DNA of 64,000 bases from Takakia lepidozioides (GCA_030704615.1 CM060734.1:47182001-47246000); one strand, 5' to 3'; counted from the stretch's first letter, positions 49,878-64,000 are shown. Numbers and translations are program-made. Notes: generated by a model from the sequence alone, not told the origin.

Positions 49878-50657
49878 CGGAGGAGGTTGTTGGAGCCTCT
49901 GATATTATGGATTACCATTGTGCCAATCGGCCACGCCTCATGTAGCAGTAATGGTAATCCAAATCGGTGTCAGAAGTCAGAATAACTTAGATCTTTTAAG
50001 ATGTCCAACGAAGACTTCATTGCAAGCTTTCAATACCCGCACATAGCCAATGCCTTTTGTTGGGGATGGTCTACAGACTTTGTTTGTTTGAATACTGGGG
50101 AATCAGGCATCAGATGGTTGATGCCTCACTTCGTCTTCAGTATCAGCTCAATCAATTTTTGTAAGCTGTCATTGCCTGATGTTCAAGTTTCTGTCCAGAA
50201 TGATCACTTTAGAACTCGGTTTAATTGATGTATGATGACTTTTCTCTCTCTTTAAACCTCTCTAATTTAAAATAATTAGTTAAGCTTGTTTTCTTGGCTA
50301 GAAACTCAGAGGTCGCAATGGGGGAGGAAATGGAGAATACTCTGCATACAGCCAGGAAGGGTCTACGGGGTCTCCTTCCGCTTGACTTGGGTATAAGCAT
50401 GTGTCTTGCAGGCAAACGTGTCTATTTATTCCTGTAACCAGGCAGTGCGTTGCATGCATTCAGAAATAAAACCGAAATGAGAGATGCATGGACATGCACA
50501 AACATGGACTGCAGTTCACCAGTACAGATGAATACTGCAACAGCAGTAGTGCAGAAGATCAGCACCTGCGCAACAAACACAATGTTATGAGGCACATGCT
50601 TGCCTACTACATAGAAGGCCTCTGGGACCGCTCTGATGCCAGCTCGTTGGCCATGTA

Positions 50658-51777
50658 GGGAATTCCAAAAAGGCCTTGATGTGAAATGCATCGCAATTCA
50701 CTTGATCACCCCCTAAAAGTGCGCAATTCAATTGAATTGCAAGGGCAATTCAATTGAACTAACCCTAATTTGCAATTCAATTGAATTGTCAACTCGCAAT
50801 TCAATTGAATTGCTGACTACAATTGAATTGAATTGTAATCTATAATTTTTAACTGATTTTTGTATATAATATATAATATATATGTACATGTATATATTCA
50901 AATTATATTTATACACATATAAGAGTATAAGCTAAAAATACATGTTGCCCGTCTATTCTTGCTGGCCCTCTTTCTTGTGCCCTTGAGGAAATTGTGGAGT
51001 TGTGAAGCCACCCTCAGCCTCAGCGAGAAAGGGAGAGCTAGAGACGGAGACAGATCAGCAGCTTCCTGTGATTCACTGGCAACAGAAACATGGCTGGCTC
51101 CGAAAAAAACAGACAAAATCAAACCTGACAATTGATGAAAGGCTTCCCTTGCATCACCATGTAGTCCCCTAACACTAGTATCTGGCCCAGGACAAAGAAA
51201 ACAAAAAATATGTTCATCTTTAAAATTATCAAAAATTTCTATACCCTTACAAAGGTATCATGTTGAAGTTGGGATGTGTGTTCTATATAAGTTTAATATA
51301 TCAAACTCTTACACGTTGATATTCTTACATTGGTATCATGTTTGGTATATGTATATTGGCACCAACATCCACAAAGAGAGACAATCCCGCTTTTACAAGC
51401 GCTTCGTGACTTCCTCTCTCTCTCTCTCCCTCGCTCGCTCTCCCTTAGGCTTATCTTGGGCTCAAGCCTTACCACGGGCAAAGGATTGACAGACGGACAG
51501 CAAGAATAGACGGGCAACATGTATTTTTAGCTTATACCTGTGTATGTATATATGTATAATTTAAATATATACATACATACATATATATTATATACAGAAA
51601 TAAGTTAAAAATTATAGATTACAATTCAATTGAATTGTAGTCAGCAATTCAATTGAGTCGTGTGCCCACAATTCAATTGAATTGCAAATTAGAGTTAGTT
51701 CAATTGAATTGCGCACTTTTAGGGGGTGATCAAGTGAATTGCGATGCATTTCACATCAAGGCCTTTTTGGAATTCCC
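50658..51777. mobile_element. Mutator/foldback element (Pack-MULE-like) with ~300-bp TIRs
   Basis: GGGAATTCCAAAAAGGCC...GGCCTTTTTGGAATTCCC; 10-bp TSD TGGCCATGTA/TAGCCATGTA; TIRs contain CAATTCAATTGAATTG palindromic repeats. Confidence 0.92.
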
Positions 51778-52858
51778 TAGCCATGTATATATATGCCACA
51801 ATGCCCTCATGCATACTCTCGAGGGATTTAAGGTTTTAGAATAGAAATCACCTAGCTGGGAGTAGACTTCACCTTGGCAGGAGTGGATGCAGGTTGATGT
51901 TTGGCCAAAATGGAGAAAAATCGAGCTGTCTGATTTGACCAGCCCACTACCCTCAAAGCACCTCTCTTACATAAAAACCAAGATGAACCTGGCGGTGGAG
52001 CAACATCAGCAACCGAACCCATGAATCTACACCTCTTGACGTTCCAACTCAACGCTTGTCTCTCTCAAGTAAACCGCATACACTGCAAATAGTATATTCC
52101 ACAATCTTCGGAAAAACATTAGTGGAAGAAAAATCGTATCACTTCTCCATTCCAGCTCGTCTCATTCCTGCCACAGTATTGTCTGAACCGTGGCCGGTTT
52201 TCTTTTCTGTAAAGTACATGAATTTGCCCAAACCCATGCACATTTTTTACCAAACAAAGAGACCTCTGTGCTAAGGGAAAGGAGGGAACCGAGATAAACC
52301 CTGTGGGACCGGATGGACGGAGACAAAGGAAACGTAGGACACAGCAGGCTGAGCCCATGCCCAGCCCAAGCTGCTACACTCATTTACTCCTGGTATTCTC
52401 TACAATACCTGTCTTCCTGCATCTGCTCTCTATTCTGCAATGAGTCACCTCTCCTCTGAAGCCTTTGATTTTCACCTTTTGCAGTTGCTTGCAGTTGCAA
52501 CGGTCATAATAGGGCTTCATCTCTCTCATTGGGACCCACTTCTGCCAGTGGTAGCTGTGATAAAACATTGCAGTTTGTCATTTGGGATTGTATTTTTGTA
52601 CTCCGGTTGGTGTTCTCTGTAGTTTATACCAGTGCCCTAGTCTTGGATCACAAACTCCAGATGCTTATATCCTCACTACCATTTGCAAGTGGTTGGAGAC
52701 TAAGTGGAGATAGTTCACGGCACTCTTTGCTGCCCATGTCTTTGGAGTGGCAATGACAAAACTTCCAGTGTACAGCCTAGACCGGCATGGTAACACCCTG
52801 TTGGTAAGGGCTGGTTCTCTTAACTTCCCCTCTAGTGTACAGTGAAAAAAGCTTTTCT

Positions 52859-55800
52859 TCAATTTTCAATTTTACTAATGTCAAATCCTGAAACTTCAAC
52901 CAATTGGGAGAATTCCTGCTCCCCTTCAAAAGCCTGTTCATATACCCCACCATGCACCACGATGTCAGACCGACATAGTCACTCTGTAAGAAGTTCATTT
53001 GGAACACATGGGCACAGACCTTTAGATGTTTGCCGACACCTTTGTGGCAATAGACCCACGCCCAATTGTGGCGGAGAGAGAGAGAGAAATGAGATGAAAT
53101 GAAATGGTGCTTTATAATGTCCGCCGAAAGCTCATAGAGCTTTTGGCTTATGGGACAAAATGGAAGAAAACATGAGAGGAAGCAAAAAACCAGAGCGACG
53201 AGAGGGAGATCTTAACCAAACCCCAATAGAACCAGTTGTTCACCTGGCCATTGATTATCCAGGTTGGGAACCCCTGAATGTTGGCAGCCGCACATGCCTT
53301 TGCAATTGGAATACCTCTGCTAAAGCCCTCAGGAAAGCACTCAACATACTCCACATACTTCAGAGCCTCCCGGCCAAACATCTGAAATAGCAGGCCCACA
53401 CTTGACATCAATATCTTAAAAAGTTTCTTGGGGAGCTTTGCTAATCTTCAGCTACAGCCCAAGCACAACTTGGCTGCTGGCCACAGCAGGCGTGTTCATA
53501 TTAAAAGGTGCTGTGTGTTACTTCCAAGCAGTCCCTTGCAAGAACTGCCCCAGAACTAAAACCCACTAGAACATGAATATGCTAGTCTAGTTGACTCAAA
53601 CTCGCCCTTCAGATCCTGTTGAAGCCATGCAGACCAAACCATACGTGGTGAGCAAACCTTCAATTCAATCACTGGTAACAGATACCAATGTCTAAGACTC
53701 AGGTTACTTGACTCCACTTCTGAATGTTGCTGTGAAATACAATATATCCTACAGCAAACCAGATGCCCCCAGACTTTGTCAACACCAATTTCTCTCCCAC
53801 AAGAAGCTGTCTTCTGCATTATGAACTTCCTATGCACAGCGAAAACTAAGAGACCTCAATCCAACAGCAGGTAGGGACATTATACAAGGTATCTGGCATA
53901 CCAATGGTAAGTGGTGCAAGGCCTTCATCCTAAGCATTTCCCACACAATGGCCATTTAACATTGCTTTTAAGTGCCAAACTGCTTCACAAACTCTATCCC
54001 ATTGATTAACTATTGTTTGGCCGTACAATACCTGCTTCTGCTCATGACAATGTGAGCACCAGAAAGCGCCATACAGTTTGGCCCCAATTGATCTCAGGTG
54101 CTTTGCCAGAGAAAGCTCCTTTGGACCGGAAACAGTTGAAACCTCTGGCTCCAAAGGAGGTAGTACATTAAACTCTGACCTGAAGTTGCAACATCACCTG
54201 GTCACATGGTTATGCAGGTTATGTTGAGTAGGAACAAGCAAAGACTGATCACTTCCTGAAGCCAAAGTAGAGGAAGGGGACAGTGACACCTTCAAGAGTG
54301 TGAGAATGAGGGAGAGAAAAGACAGAGGAGGAAGCACGGAAGGAAAATGACCAGAGAATGTACTCATAAGACGTTGTTTGCCATAGCCTTGTGGCCATTG
54401 ACCCCGTGCTGGGTTTGAGCAGAACACAAAGGGACAGAAACTACCTTTGTCGGGGGCAGACACCGGTAGTATGACTTACCTTGGAACAGACAATTGATCC
54501 GAGTTTTCCAGATATCCTCTAGAAATCAAAATGACCAGAGACAGAGCTACAGAAGACCAAACCTTGCAAAAGCAGAGCTTGCATCCCCAAAAGCAACAGA
54601 CAAGGTAACAACAATAGATGCTCCAACTGCCATCTGTAGGCTTGCTACCTTAGGGACATCCCGTCTTGTAAAACGCTGCATACGACCAAGATTCCCCCCA
54701 GCCAATCCAACCATCATGCCCAAAGGTCCAACTCCATTAGACTACTGCTGGTAGATATTATATTCATGCTAATCACAGCTTAAGGATAATATGTCAATAT
54801 TTCACATTCATGGCTCCAGGCCTGAAATAATAGGTGCGCAGCAGCTAGCCTTAGCTATTGTCTGACAAGTGCTTCAAATTCATTGCAAGCTTATCCATGG
54901 AGAGAGAGGAGAGGAAGACTCTTGCGGAAGCAAGTAACTTCACCCCTTCTGTTTGGTAGGTGGACACTGGACACCTTTTAAGGGACGGTTGCCCAACCCT
55001 ACCCCTAGGACTCGGAAGTCCCCAGGTACCCACACATTAAGTAACCAGTTGACAGTTACCCCCCTTTTATAGTTATAAGGGGTGACATCCAACATACACC
55101 TATGTGGCTTTGAACCCAGGACCACTTGCAAGGCGGCCTTGTTCCCTAACCACTAGGCAATCTGTTGGATGCAAACTTATCTATACATGAATGACCACAT
55201 TACAATCTACATAAGCCACAATACATCTCACTAATAGGTGCCGCATTTAACCCTTCTCAGAAGGACCTGACTGAGGAAAACTTAGGTGGCTGTTTGCAAT
55301 GGATACAATACAGACATTGCACCATATACTACCCACTGAAGATGGAAGACATTCACCGAAGTGCAGATGGAAGAAGGCTGCATGATGGCAGCGCTGAGGC
55401 AATTCAGTAATCTGACAACATATGCATCTGGGATGATAATTTGCAACGGATGACTGGGGCAGGGCTGACAGAAGTGCAAGATGCCCCTCCTAGCTCAACC
55501 CTCAATATATACATCAAGTAGGCACTGGAGACAGCCATAGCCGTGGTGCTTCCTAGAAAAAGCCATCTTACCAGACCTCCCTCCTCTTGGGCTCGGTGGC
55601 TAAGGTTAGTGAACATGCGCCCACCTGATGGAGCCAACGCTCCATATGCAGCCATTCCTGCTAGAGATAAGGGCACACCTGTTTTGCAACATCCCATCGT
55701 GGACAACCCAACCAAAAGCAGGAATGACTGAGAACAGTGATGTCAAAATGATAGCCATTCACCAGCAGAGCTGACACTAGATCTGTATCAAATTGAGAGA

Positions 55801-56954
55801 TTGAGACAACGGAGTGTGGTACTGCTTAAAGTGTGCCCCATGAGCTTGCCAAATCTGGTAAGAGTTGGGCAGAACATCAAGGTTGAGGTTGTCATCATCG
55901 AGTGAAGGGCCATCCCACTATTTCAAGCTTCAAGTTTCCGCTGCACTTCACAGCAAAAAACTTCCTAGCCCAACTCTTCCAAGAATGTGGGAAGCTCATA
56001 TTGGGCACATCATCTTCATCTGCCAATGCTCGTGCAACGTTTAGGATTGATTTGTCATGAGCGCCATGTATTTGTGAATGCACAGTGTAGGCTTCTCCGG
56101 GCCATGGTAAGGGTACTCTTCTCCATAAATTTCCAGTTCACCAGAAGAGGTGTGCGAGAGGTCTCTACTTTTTGGATCTGAGTGCAAGCGTCTCAACCAC
56201 TAGGCTGCTAGTTCCACATGTTTGGATCTGAGTGCAAGCGTCATATCGTTTGCTTTCTTACAGTTGATCCTTGCTGCTGTCTTCCAGCTCCATCTATTTC
56301 CCTCATACACGAAAAATCACCCAGTGCTCAGTGGTGAAGCTGGAGCACAAGAACAAAACAAAGGTTTACATAACTCACCAAACAGTGTAGCATAGTTGCT
56401 GTTCAGCACATCTGAACAGCCAGTCTCTCCAGGAGGGCAGGAGATCGGGCCTCCATACAGATTCATCCTTGACAAATGGGCAGTTTCTGCTAACCCAACA
56501 GTTGCAAGCCCAGTGAAGGCCCCATACCAGAGCTTCCATGGCTCTTTCACGATCACTTTCCCTATCCTTCCGTCTTGCTGTATCCTTGAGACTCCTGAAA
56601 AATTTGATGACAAGGGTAAAACTTCGGAAGAGCTTCCGCTGTCGCCGTCATGAGGGGAGGGGGTCTGAGCACGCAAGACAGGAGCGGGATTCGGCTGATA
56701 TCTTGGTTCACGATGGCACCTCGTCTACATCAAAATTGCAGCCACCCACCCTACAACGATTTGAGAGATTTGCTACAACCTGCGATAACAACTAGAAGTA
56801 GAGTCAGATTATCATTGACAACATCAGAAGAAGAGATCGAAAAAAATACCCCGAGATAGAGGAGCTGTCCCGGCTGTACGTGAGCACTCCAGAAGAGTGA
56901 GCTCGACATCTGTGAAAAACGTAAGGCTTCACCCCTGCATGAGACTGCCTCCAT
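52859..56954 (-). CDS. LTO1: LTO1 / VKOR-thioredoxin thiol-disulfide oxidoreductase (possibly disrupted in exon 3)
   Basis: CSDVLNSNYATLFGVPLSLAGMAAY, AKLYGAFWCSHCHEQKQMFG, YVECFPEG..C..ANIQGFPTWIINGQ and last exon AFEGEQEFSQL; GT-AG introns. Confidence 0.85.
54940..55165 (-). mobile_element. tRNA-derived SINE in an LTO1 intron
   Basis: Minus strand TTGCCTAGTGGTTAGG (A box) ... GGTTCAAAGCC (B box); body ends GGGGTGAAG like the SINE at 6443. Confidence 0.5.
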
Positions 56955-57524
56955 GGTCAGCTGCCCAGCGATGGCCGCAAGCTCCTCCCTTTCTCGACTG
57001 GACACTCTCTCACACGTGCGATAATTGTTTAAATTTTTAATCAGTAAAAGTAGAGCAATCATAATGGAGACGTTGCTTTTTAAACCTATGTGCATGCCAT
57101 GGCCATGCATGGATGGATGTGGGATGCACATGGCATGGCAGCCCTGCTCTCCATTCTCAGTCATGAGTGCAGCTTCAACTTACTCTGTGATTTTCCCTCC
57201 CTGTGTGCGTTTGATTAGGTCCTCGCTTTTCTTTGAATCTTGCACTGAAGATTGATGCAATGCCAGTGATGCAAGCTCTGGAGATCGCTGTATGGTAGCA
57301 AGGGCTTGAAAATGCGTGCATTTTGACCTGCAGACTTCTGTTCTGAGGCTCGCCAGGTGTGTCTGTGATGCACACAGCATTGTGGAGCGGTGAACAACTG
57401 TTGAAAGAACCGAGGGACTCAGAGATATGAAGGGCATGAAGAATTGACGACACAGGGAGGCGATCTAGGGGCAAGTAGAGCCGGGTGGTCTTGTGGATTT
57501 CGAAGAAGTGTCAGAGCCATCGGG
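56955..57524. promoter_or_regulatory. Putative bidirectional promoter between LTO1 and NPSN
   Basis: 570 bp between divergent ATGs; G-box CACGTG at ~57013; CATG/RY-like cluster at 57090-57140. Confidence 0.5.
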
Positions 57525-60500
57525 ATGGCTGCAGATCTTCCGCCACAGCTGGCCACCGTTGAAAGTCAAGTCCAGGATCTCTTCAAAGCCCTCTCGTATG
57601 TTCTTTCCTCTGTTTGACTCTGCTACATTGTCGTTTTCCCTGCTCTTTGTTTGTGGCGGACCTGGCTGCGTGTTGATAGTGGATTAAGGCCTTCACCATT
57701 CAGCCCGTTCTCTAAGCTAGCAGCGGAAAGCTCTCTATTAGTTTCCAAGCCTTTCTTTTTCCCTTGCTTTGGATGTGTTCCTTCTTTTTGTTACGTTGCA
57801 GACGTTTTGTTGACCTGCATTTGTTGAATGACTGTTTTGCACTGTTCGCAACCAGAGGCTAAAGGCAGGACTGAATGCCAGAAACAAAGCTGGAATTCAG
57901 AATAGGAAGTCGGAGAAAGCAGAACTACAAAAAGTTGTCCCATAGTGCATCCCTCCAGGTTGATGCAAGTTAAATCAATCACCAGCTCAGAATGAACGAG
58001 ATCAGTGAGATGTGTCATATTGCTTATAGTTACAAGTACTTCTTGTTTCCTTTGATGTACCGGTATGCGTGCATTGTAAGGATTTTGCGAAAGATTTTGG
58101 CGGAGCGCATTCGGAAGTCTTTGAACATGCAGAGACGGACAAAGGGGCACTTACTCCTAGTGTGTGCTCCAGATGGTCCTTACCGGGGCATAGGCATTCT
58201 AGAATTCACCCTCAAGGAGAGCCACCGCATTAGGCATTGTCTAGGGACTTATGCATTGGTCTAGGCACTCTCTCAGACTGATCATAAAGAGATGCCAAGA
58301 AGAGTTTTTGTACTTCACCTTCAAAGAGAAAGTGGACCGCATCCCTCCAGAAACATTGACCAGAGTTGGTCAAATGCCGGCTATGATGTATCCCATCCGG
58401 AGAAGAAAAACTGCCTGTAAATTCTCATGTGTTTGAAGGCTGAAATTGCTGCACTCTCACCTCCTACCGTCTAGTAATGTTACTCACATGGCTTATGATT
58501 GTACCACCAGTTGCTGAACTTAAGAGAGAATCTTATAATGTGCATGGCAAGCTCAAAGAGGGAGAGACAGAGAGAGATGACCTGAAGTTTGCCTTGTGCC
58601 ACAGGAAAAAATAGCAAGATGCAATAGCAATAGCAAGATGTGTTTGTAAGAGCTCTAGGAGGAGAGCATGAGCTGCCATATAGACTTTATACTCTTCATA
58701 CTCTTTATACTGATTCGCTAAGAACCAAACAGACTTGGGATGTCAAACTCAGAAGCATGTAGTTAAACTGGTGGTTGCAAATGTCAGCCCTTGGGTGGGA
58801 ATTTTGGACTGTGCAGGACTGGGTTTCAAAAATTGGATAAAATCAAGGATGTCAATAAACAGAGCAAGCAGTTGGAGGAGCTCACAGCTAAGATGCGTGA
58901 GGCCAAGCGGTGCGTACTTTATTAATGTGCAGTACTTTTGTAAAGTTGTCAGTTCCAGTCATATGGAGCATGTGTAGTGAGAGGTAGGGGTGTGGCTGAG
59001 GGCATTTGATACCATGCTGCCTTTCCCTCCTGCGATCTTTTTACTGAAACTTTAAAGACTATATATTCTCTTTCATGTGGAAGGAGGACCAGCAGTATGC
59101 CAACCCATGATCCTTAAAGAGTTTCATCATCTTCTGTTTCACTGATGTGGATATTTGATATCTTGTTACTTAATATCTGATTTTCTGTTTGGACTAAGGT
59201 CTCTAACTGCTGCTCCTAGCCTTTGTTGCAAATGAGGCTTCTAATTGGTTTCATATCTGATTCGAATGCATAATTCAGAGAGTTTGACCCCCTCCAGCTT
59301 TTTCCTTCTCCTTTTGAAAGGCATTTATGTTTTTTACTGGAAAGCAATGCCCCAAGATTACCCATCTGTATCTGAGCAATATGGTAAGCAAGAACTATAC
59401 ATGCACACGCACTCTTATCATAGGTTATGCTATTTATGTTGTAGTATCTAGGGCATAAGTTCGCGATGGAGACATCATTGATTTCCCAAACGTTCTTGCC
59501 TGTTAGGTTGGCATGTATATCTACAGTGGATTGTGTTTCAGATGGTCTTTGCTCTAACTGGCAGGGTTTATACTTGTGCAGGCTTATCAAGGACTTCGAC
59601 AGGGAGATTAAGGATGAAGAACCAAAGAACACTGCGGATACCAACAAACTGCTCAATGAGAAGAAACAATCACTTGTAATTGGCTCTTTCAGTGCCTTGT
59701 TACTTCATTTTTGTGTGATGTTAGTGGTAGAAGGTGGCATAGAGTAGGTGTCTTCATCAACAGGGACATAAAAAAGCCAACATGCGAGTTGTTTGGTTGC
59801 ACTTGTTTTACTGCTGCACGATACTCACATTAATTTGGTTCACCAGATTAAGGAGCTCAATTCATACGTTGCTTTGAGAAAAACGTATACCAGTTCATTT
59901 GGAGCCAAACAGGAGCTCTTTGACGGTGGCTCAAAAGGAGGGAGTTTGCTTGACAATGGAGTACGCATGGCATCAAGTGAGGTCCCTTTCCCACTGCTTT
60001 TGATTGATCCTGGTCTTGTTTGCTGCAGCCTCACAAATGGCAAGGGTGTGTCTACTTTGGATTGACATTCAAGGACCACCACTCTTCAAGCAAATCCCCT
60101 GCAACCCTTCTGTAGTGGCCAGTGCTAGGATGTGGTGATAACGTCTTTTGAAGTGTTAGATTGAAGGCCTTTTCCCCTTAGGTGCTATGTATGATAGAAA
60201 GAATGTCTACATACAAAAGCCTAAAGAGTCTCCATGCCTGTGATGAGGGTGTATCACCAAAGCTGTAGCCATATCCTCTTTGTGTCCCTGTGCAGTAAGA
60301 GGATTTGATCTGCCCACTGGTTGCTCATTTGTATAATACCTGCTGGAGAAACCAGCTTTCATCAAGCTTGAAGATTGTAGTCAGTTTAGGGTATGAATAT
60401 CAGTGGGGAATGAAGTGCACAGTTGGCTGTGTTTGAGAAATGCAATTACTCAAATAACAGCCTTCTTTTTGGTTATGTGCCTTTTACAATCAGTGAGGAA

Positions 60501-62832
60501 AAAAAGAAAGGAGGAAACATGATAGCACCAATTTGCGACCTACAGTGGTGGAAGCTTGCCAACTATGTCAAGAATACCATGGGGCCTTTAAAAACAAGTC
60601 ATGATATATGAAGTAATAAGAAGGCTGATTTTCCAGTACTTGCATTCCTACAACACAGCTAACCATGTCTGGGAGTAGCGGCATTTAGTCGTTCATATAT
60701 CTGAACTAACTTTGTTCGCTGGGAGATCCTCCTACCCTCTCACTTTGTGTTTTCTTGGCTTCTGGCAGCAATGTCAAATCAAGAGCTTGTACAAGCTGGG
60801 AGAAAGCAGATTGATGAAACTGATCAGACGATTGAGCGGTCTAAAAAGGTTTGTGCACCTGTCAACATCTGCAGACTAAGTTGTTTGAAGAAGCTGCTTG
60901 TTTTGACTGCCGGGCCAAGTGGACTGATTCTAATCTTTGCTACAACTTCATAGCCTGTTATGGGGGTCTTCTTAGCTCTGATGGGGCAAGTTCAAATGGT
61001 GAGGTCCCACTTCAGGTGTTACACTCTACAATGTTTGGAGAAAGGTGGGTGTAGAGGGAGAGGCAAATATGTGTGGAGCTCCCTGTGAGCATGAGTTGAA
61101 GCCATGCTAGAATAGAACATCTTGGGTTGTGAAAACAGTATACTGGTAATTTTCTCCTCTTTCTTTTTGTCATGTTCTATTTTGTAGTGTATCCCTCAAA
61201 TGTGTGTCTGGGATTCATTGGAATGCGCGTACTCATAAGGCATTCCTATATTGCTGTCCCAATGTCCAGGTATTCATTGCAGTCACACTGATTATGCCAG
61301 CAGATTCCAAGTGTGTCTCTGGCTCTTGAGGGTCTGTTCATATGGAGTTTGTTTCTTCTACATGTCAGTAAATGCATTTTTGTAAGTATGACATTCATGT
61401 TGATCGCATTTGGTTCATGTTTGTGTGTGTGCATGCAGGTTGTTGAAGACACTATCAACATAGGTGCAGAGACAGCCTCGACCCTAAAATCACAGGTTAA
61501 TGGATGCTATGCCACAAAAGCTAAAACTATAATCTTGGAGCATCAAGAGCATGGTGTGCACTGGACACCAGCTAGTCCATCTGGACAGCATTCTAGAGTA
61601 GTCAAATCACTTGAGAGGGTTGTCAGCCCCTTCTTGGAGGATCTTTACAGGAGTTCTTCTGTTCTGAGCCCAGGTTGTTGTGGGTATGCATTGCAGACAG
61701 AGCAACTGGGCCGGATTGGGAATGAGTTGGATACTATTCAATTTTCCATTAAAAAAGCTTCACAGCTCGTGAAAGAGATTGGTAGGCAGGTATGTCTGCT
61801 CACGAACATGCTTCCCTTGGTAATTGGGTCTCGACTGTTTAAGCTGCAAAGATTTGTTGTTCAATGGTATCTTACGTGTTGTGTTTTTGTTTCGCAAGAT
61901 GTTTATACTAGATCCTGCATCCCCTTTGCAAGCCTGGGTTCCAAGTATGGTCTGGTGGCTTCGTGACACCTATGATTTGGAGCCTAGAGCCCTGTGCTGC
62001 CTTACTTGTTCATTGACAAAATCTAAATTAGCAAGTCATACTTTTAGGTTGTTTTCAAGATACAGCAGTAATGCATGCTCATCATTACTAGAAGGATGAG
62101 AGCACCAGAGAACTCCTCTGAGATGGTTGTCTGGAAGACACCACAGGAAGGTCAAACACATTGCACTTCAGCAGTGAAAGGAAACCTATTATAAAATTGT
62201 TTGGCTGCACCATTCTTCTTTTGAAGTGTAGTGCTGTTAGGTTTAGTGAATATCTCCCAGTGGTTTGAGACATTCACAAAACAGACGATTCAGCCTAAGC
62301 ATTTCAAAGTTTTTTTGAAGAAGAGTTAGCAATTCTGCATGCTAGAGTGTCTAACATAAAAATTGTGGGCCTCATGCAGTTGGCCACGGACCGATGTATA
62401 ATGTGCTTTCTGTTTCTTATTGTTGGTGGTGTAATTGCGATTATTGTTGTCAAGGTTAAGCATCCTACAGTTCCTGTTCATGCATTTCTGGATATATGTG
62501 TTCGAACCTGACTGGTAATAATAGTGATAAGCTACTGATAGGGCACCACCATACTATGTTGGGTTTTATGTGTACTTCTGCAACTACTTGGTGAGGTTTA
62601 ATTTGCCTGCTAACATGCTCAAGGTCATTTGACATCAGTATATTTTGCACTGGTCATAACCCCCCAACTCATCTACATATTCATTTGAGTTTGCCCCATT
62701 GTAAATATGAGGAGGTTGTGGGTGCAGATTGTTCATCCAAAGAACAAGAGCATCCAGCTTCCCGGTCTGACACCGCCTGCCAGCAACCGCAGGCTGTTGT
62801 TGTCATTGTTGGACTTGGAGCAAGCACTGTGA
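57525..62832 (+). CDS. NPSN: Novel plant SNARE (NPSN11/12/13 family), 9 exons
   Basis: MAADLPPQL, GFQKLDKIKD..QSKQLEELT.KMREAKRLIKDFDRE, IKELNSYVALRK, FSIKKASQLVKEIGRQLATDRCIM TM helix and IVHPKNK..PGL.PPA..RRLL*; GT-AG introns. Confidence 0.93.
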
Positions 62833-64000
62833 GCCACAAGCTCAATGTGTGCCAACCTTATAGGCTACCTTGATCTTATGTTTCTTGTTTTCAGTTTGTT
62901 TGGTTTCTTACCTGTAAAGGACATCACAGTTGATTTCCCTTTGGGTGTACTTCACTTCAAGAGCGGAGAAAAGTAAGGGGTAGGCAGTTTGTGGCTGACT
63001 GTTTGTGGTCCGAGCTGGTTTGATCTGTAATCTTTGTTGACTTCCATATACTGAGACGTTGTAACTTCAGAGTTGGAAGTGGGTGCCCTTGTCAGCATGT
63101 ATTTGCAAGTGGTGACCCATACTCCAGTAAGTTTTCTTGCCAGAAGTTTTAGTTGGGAGACCTCTAGTGATTGTCTATTGAGCTCTATGTGGGGCATGGC
63201 ATTCAGGTATGTCTCTAGAAAGTCTTGACGGCACCTTATTTTGGTGCATCAAAAGTGTGTTCTCTTTCACTTTTCGTGAATGTTTCTGGAAAGTATTTCC
63301 ACCAATCCATTCCTGTTCTTATGGTGATTGGATTGGATTCTTATGGCTTTCTTGCTTCTTGTCATCAAGGTGGTTTCCAATATTACTGAGCCCACAGGAA
63401 GGGAAATGTAGAGGTTTTATCAGGTGTTTTAAGGCTTACTGTTTGTCTAGCACACTGCAACCTTGAGCTGGTAATTTGATTATTTTCTGTTGTGCAGTGG
63501 TTTGAAATGCAGTGATGCTTACTCTGAGCACATGCACTGGAAATCCCATCATGGAAATGTGTTCCAGTAAAAGGCCACACACAGGCCTCATAGTGGTCCC
63601 AGATCTGAGCCATGGCAGGAAATTTTATCGCATTGGACCAGATATCAAATTTCTCAGCAACAATAGAATAATCCTGGGATGGCTAAGAACATTCTGTGGC
63701 ACATCCCTTGAGTAAGTTCTGGTCAAATCTAAACTCAGTGGTACTAATGGGTGGTGGAAACATTTTTCATCGGAGGTGCAGGATGCCTTCTGGATGCAGT
63801 TGCTTCCAACTCGTTTGCTTAAATCTCAATAGGAGTGAAACTTGATTCCCTAATTTGTTTACTATGGATGGGAACTATCCTAATGACAAGGAAAGATTTA
63901 GTTTGGCGCGGCCGACCATTGGGACAATGCCTGGGCTAGTGCCCAGATGTTGTAGAAACCGGGACCCTCTTCTTTGAACTGCACCATCTTCATTACTTAC

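Noticed and set aside
50720-50840. CRISPR-like array of CAATTCAATTGAATTG repeats
   Set aside because: Irregular short spacing, mirrored at the other TIR, eukaryotic context and no cas genes; these are MULE subterminal repeats

Overview
Eukaryotic nuclear DNA from a land plant, most likely a bryophyte or moss (inferred from intron-containing plant genes, moss-style PLS/DYW PPR motifs and the TE families). The first ~47 kb is a TE and pseudogene mosaic. It holds a truncated FtsH3/10 gene, five PPR pseudogene fragments tied to a ~575-bp dispersed/tandem repeat, a TSD-flanked three-LTR chromovirus, CACTA, MULE, Helitron and SINE elements, and divergent F-box-like genes. The last ~17 kb carries host genes: PAK1IP1/MAK11-like WD40, an F-box fragment, and LTO1 (VKOR-thioredoxin) head-to-head with an NPSN SNARE. 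The main highlight is a Ty3/Gypsy retrotransposon family whose polyprotein carries a C5 DNA cytosine methyltransferase after the protease and, by inference, before the RT, plus a PHD finger after the integrase. It is reconstructed from three degenerate fragments (21525-26070, 41354-45100, 8749-9142). All calls are by eye; no searches or alignments were run.
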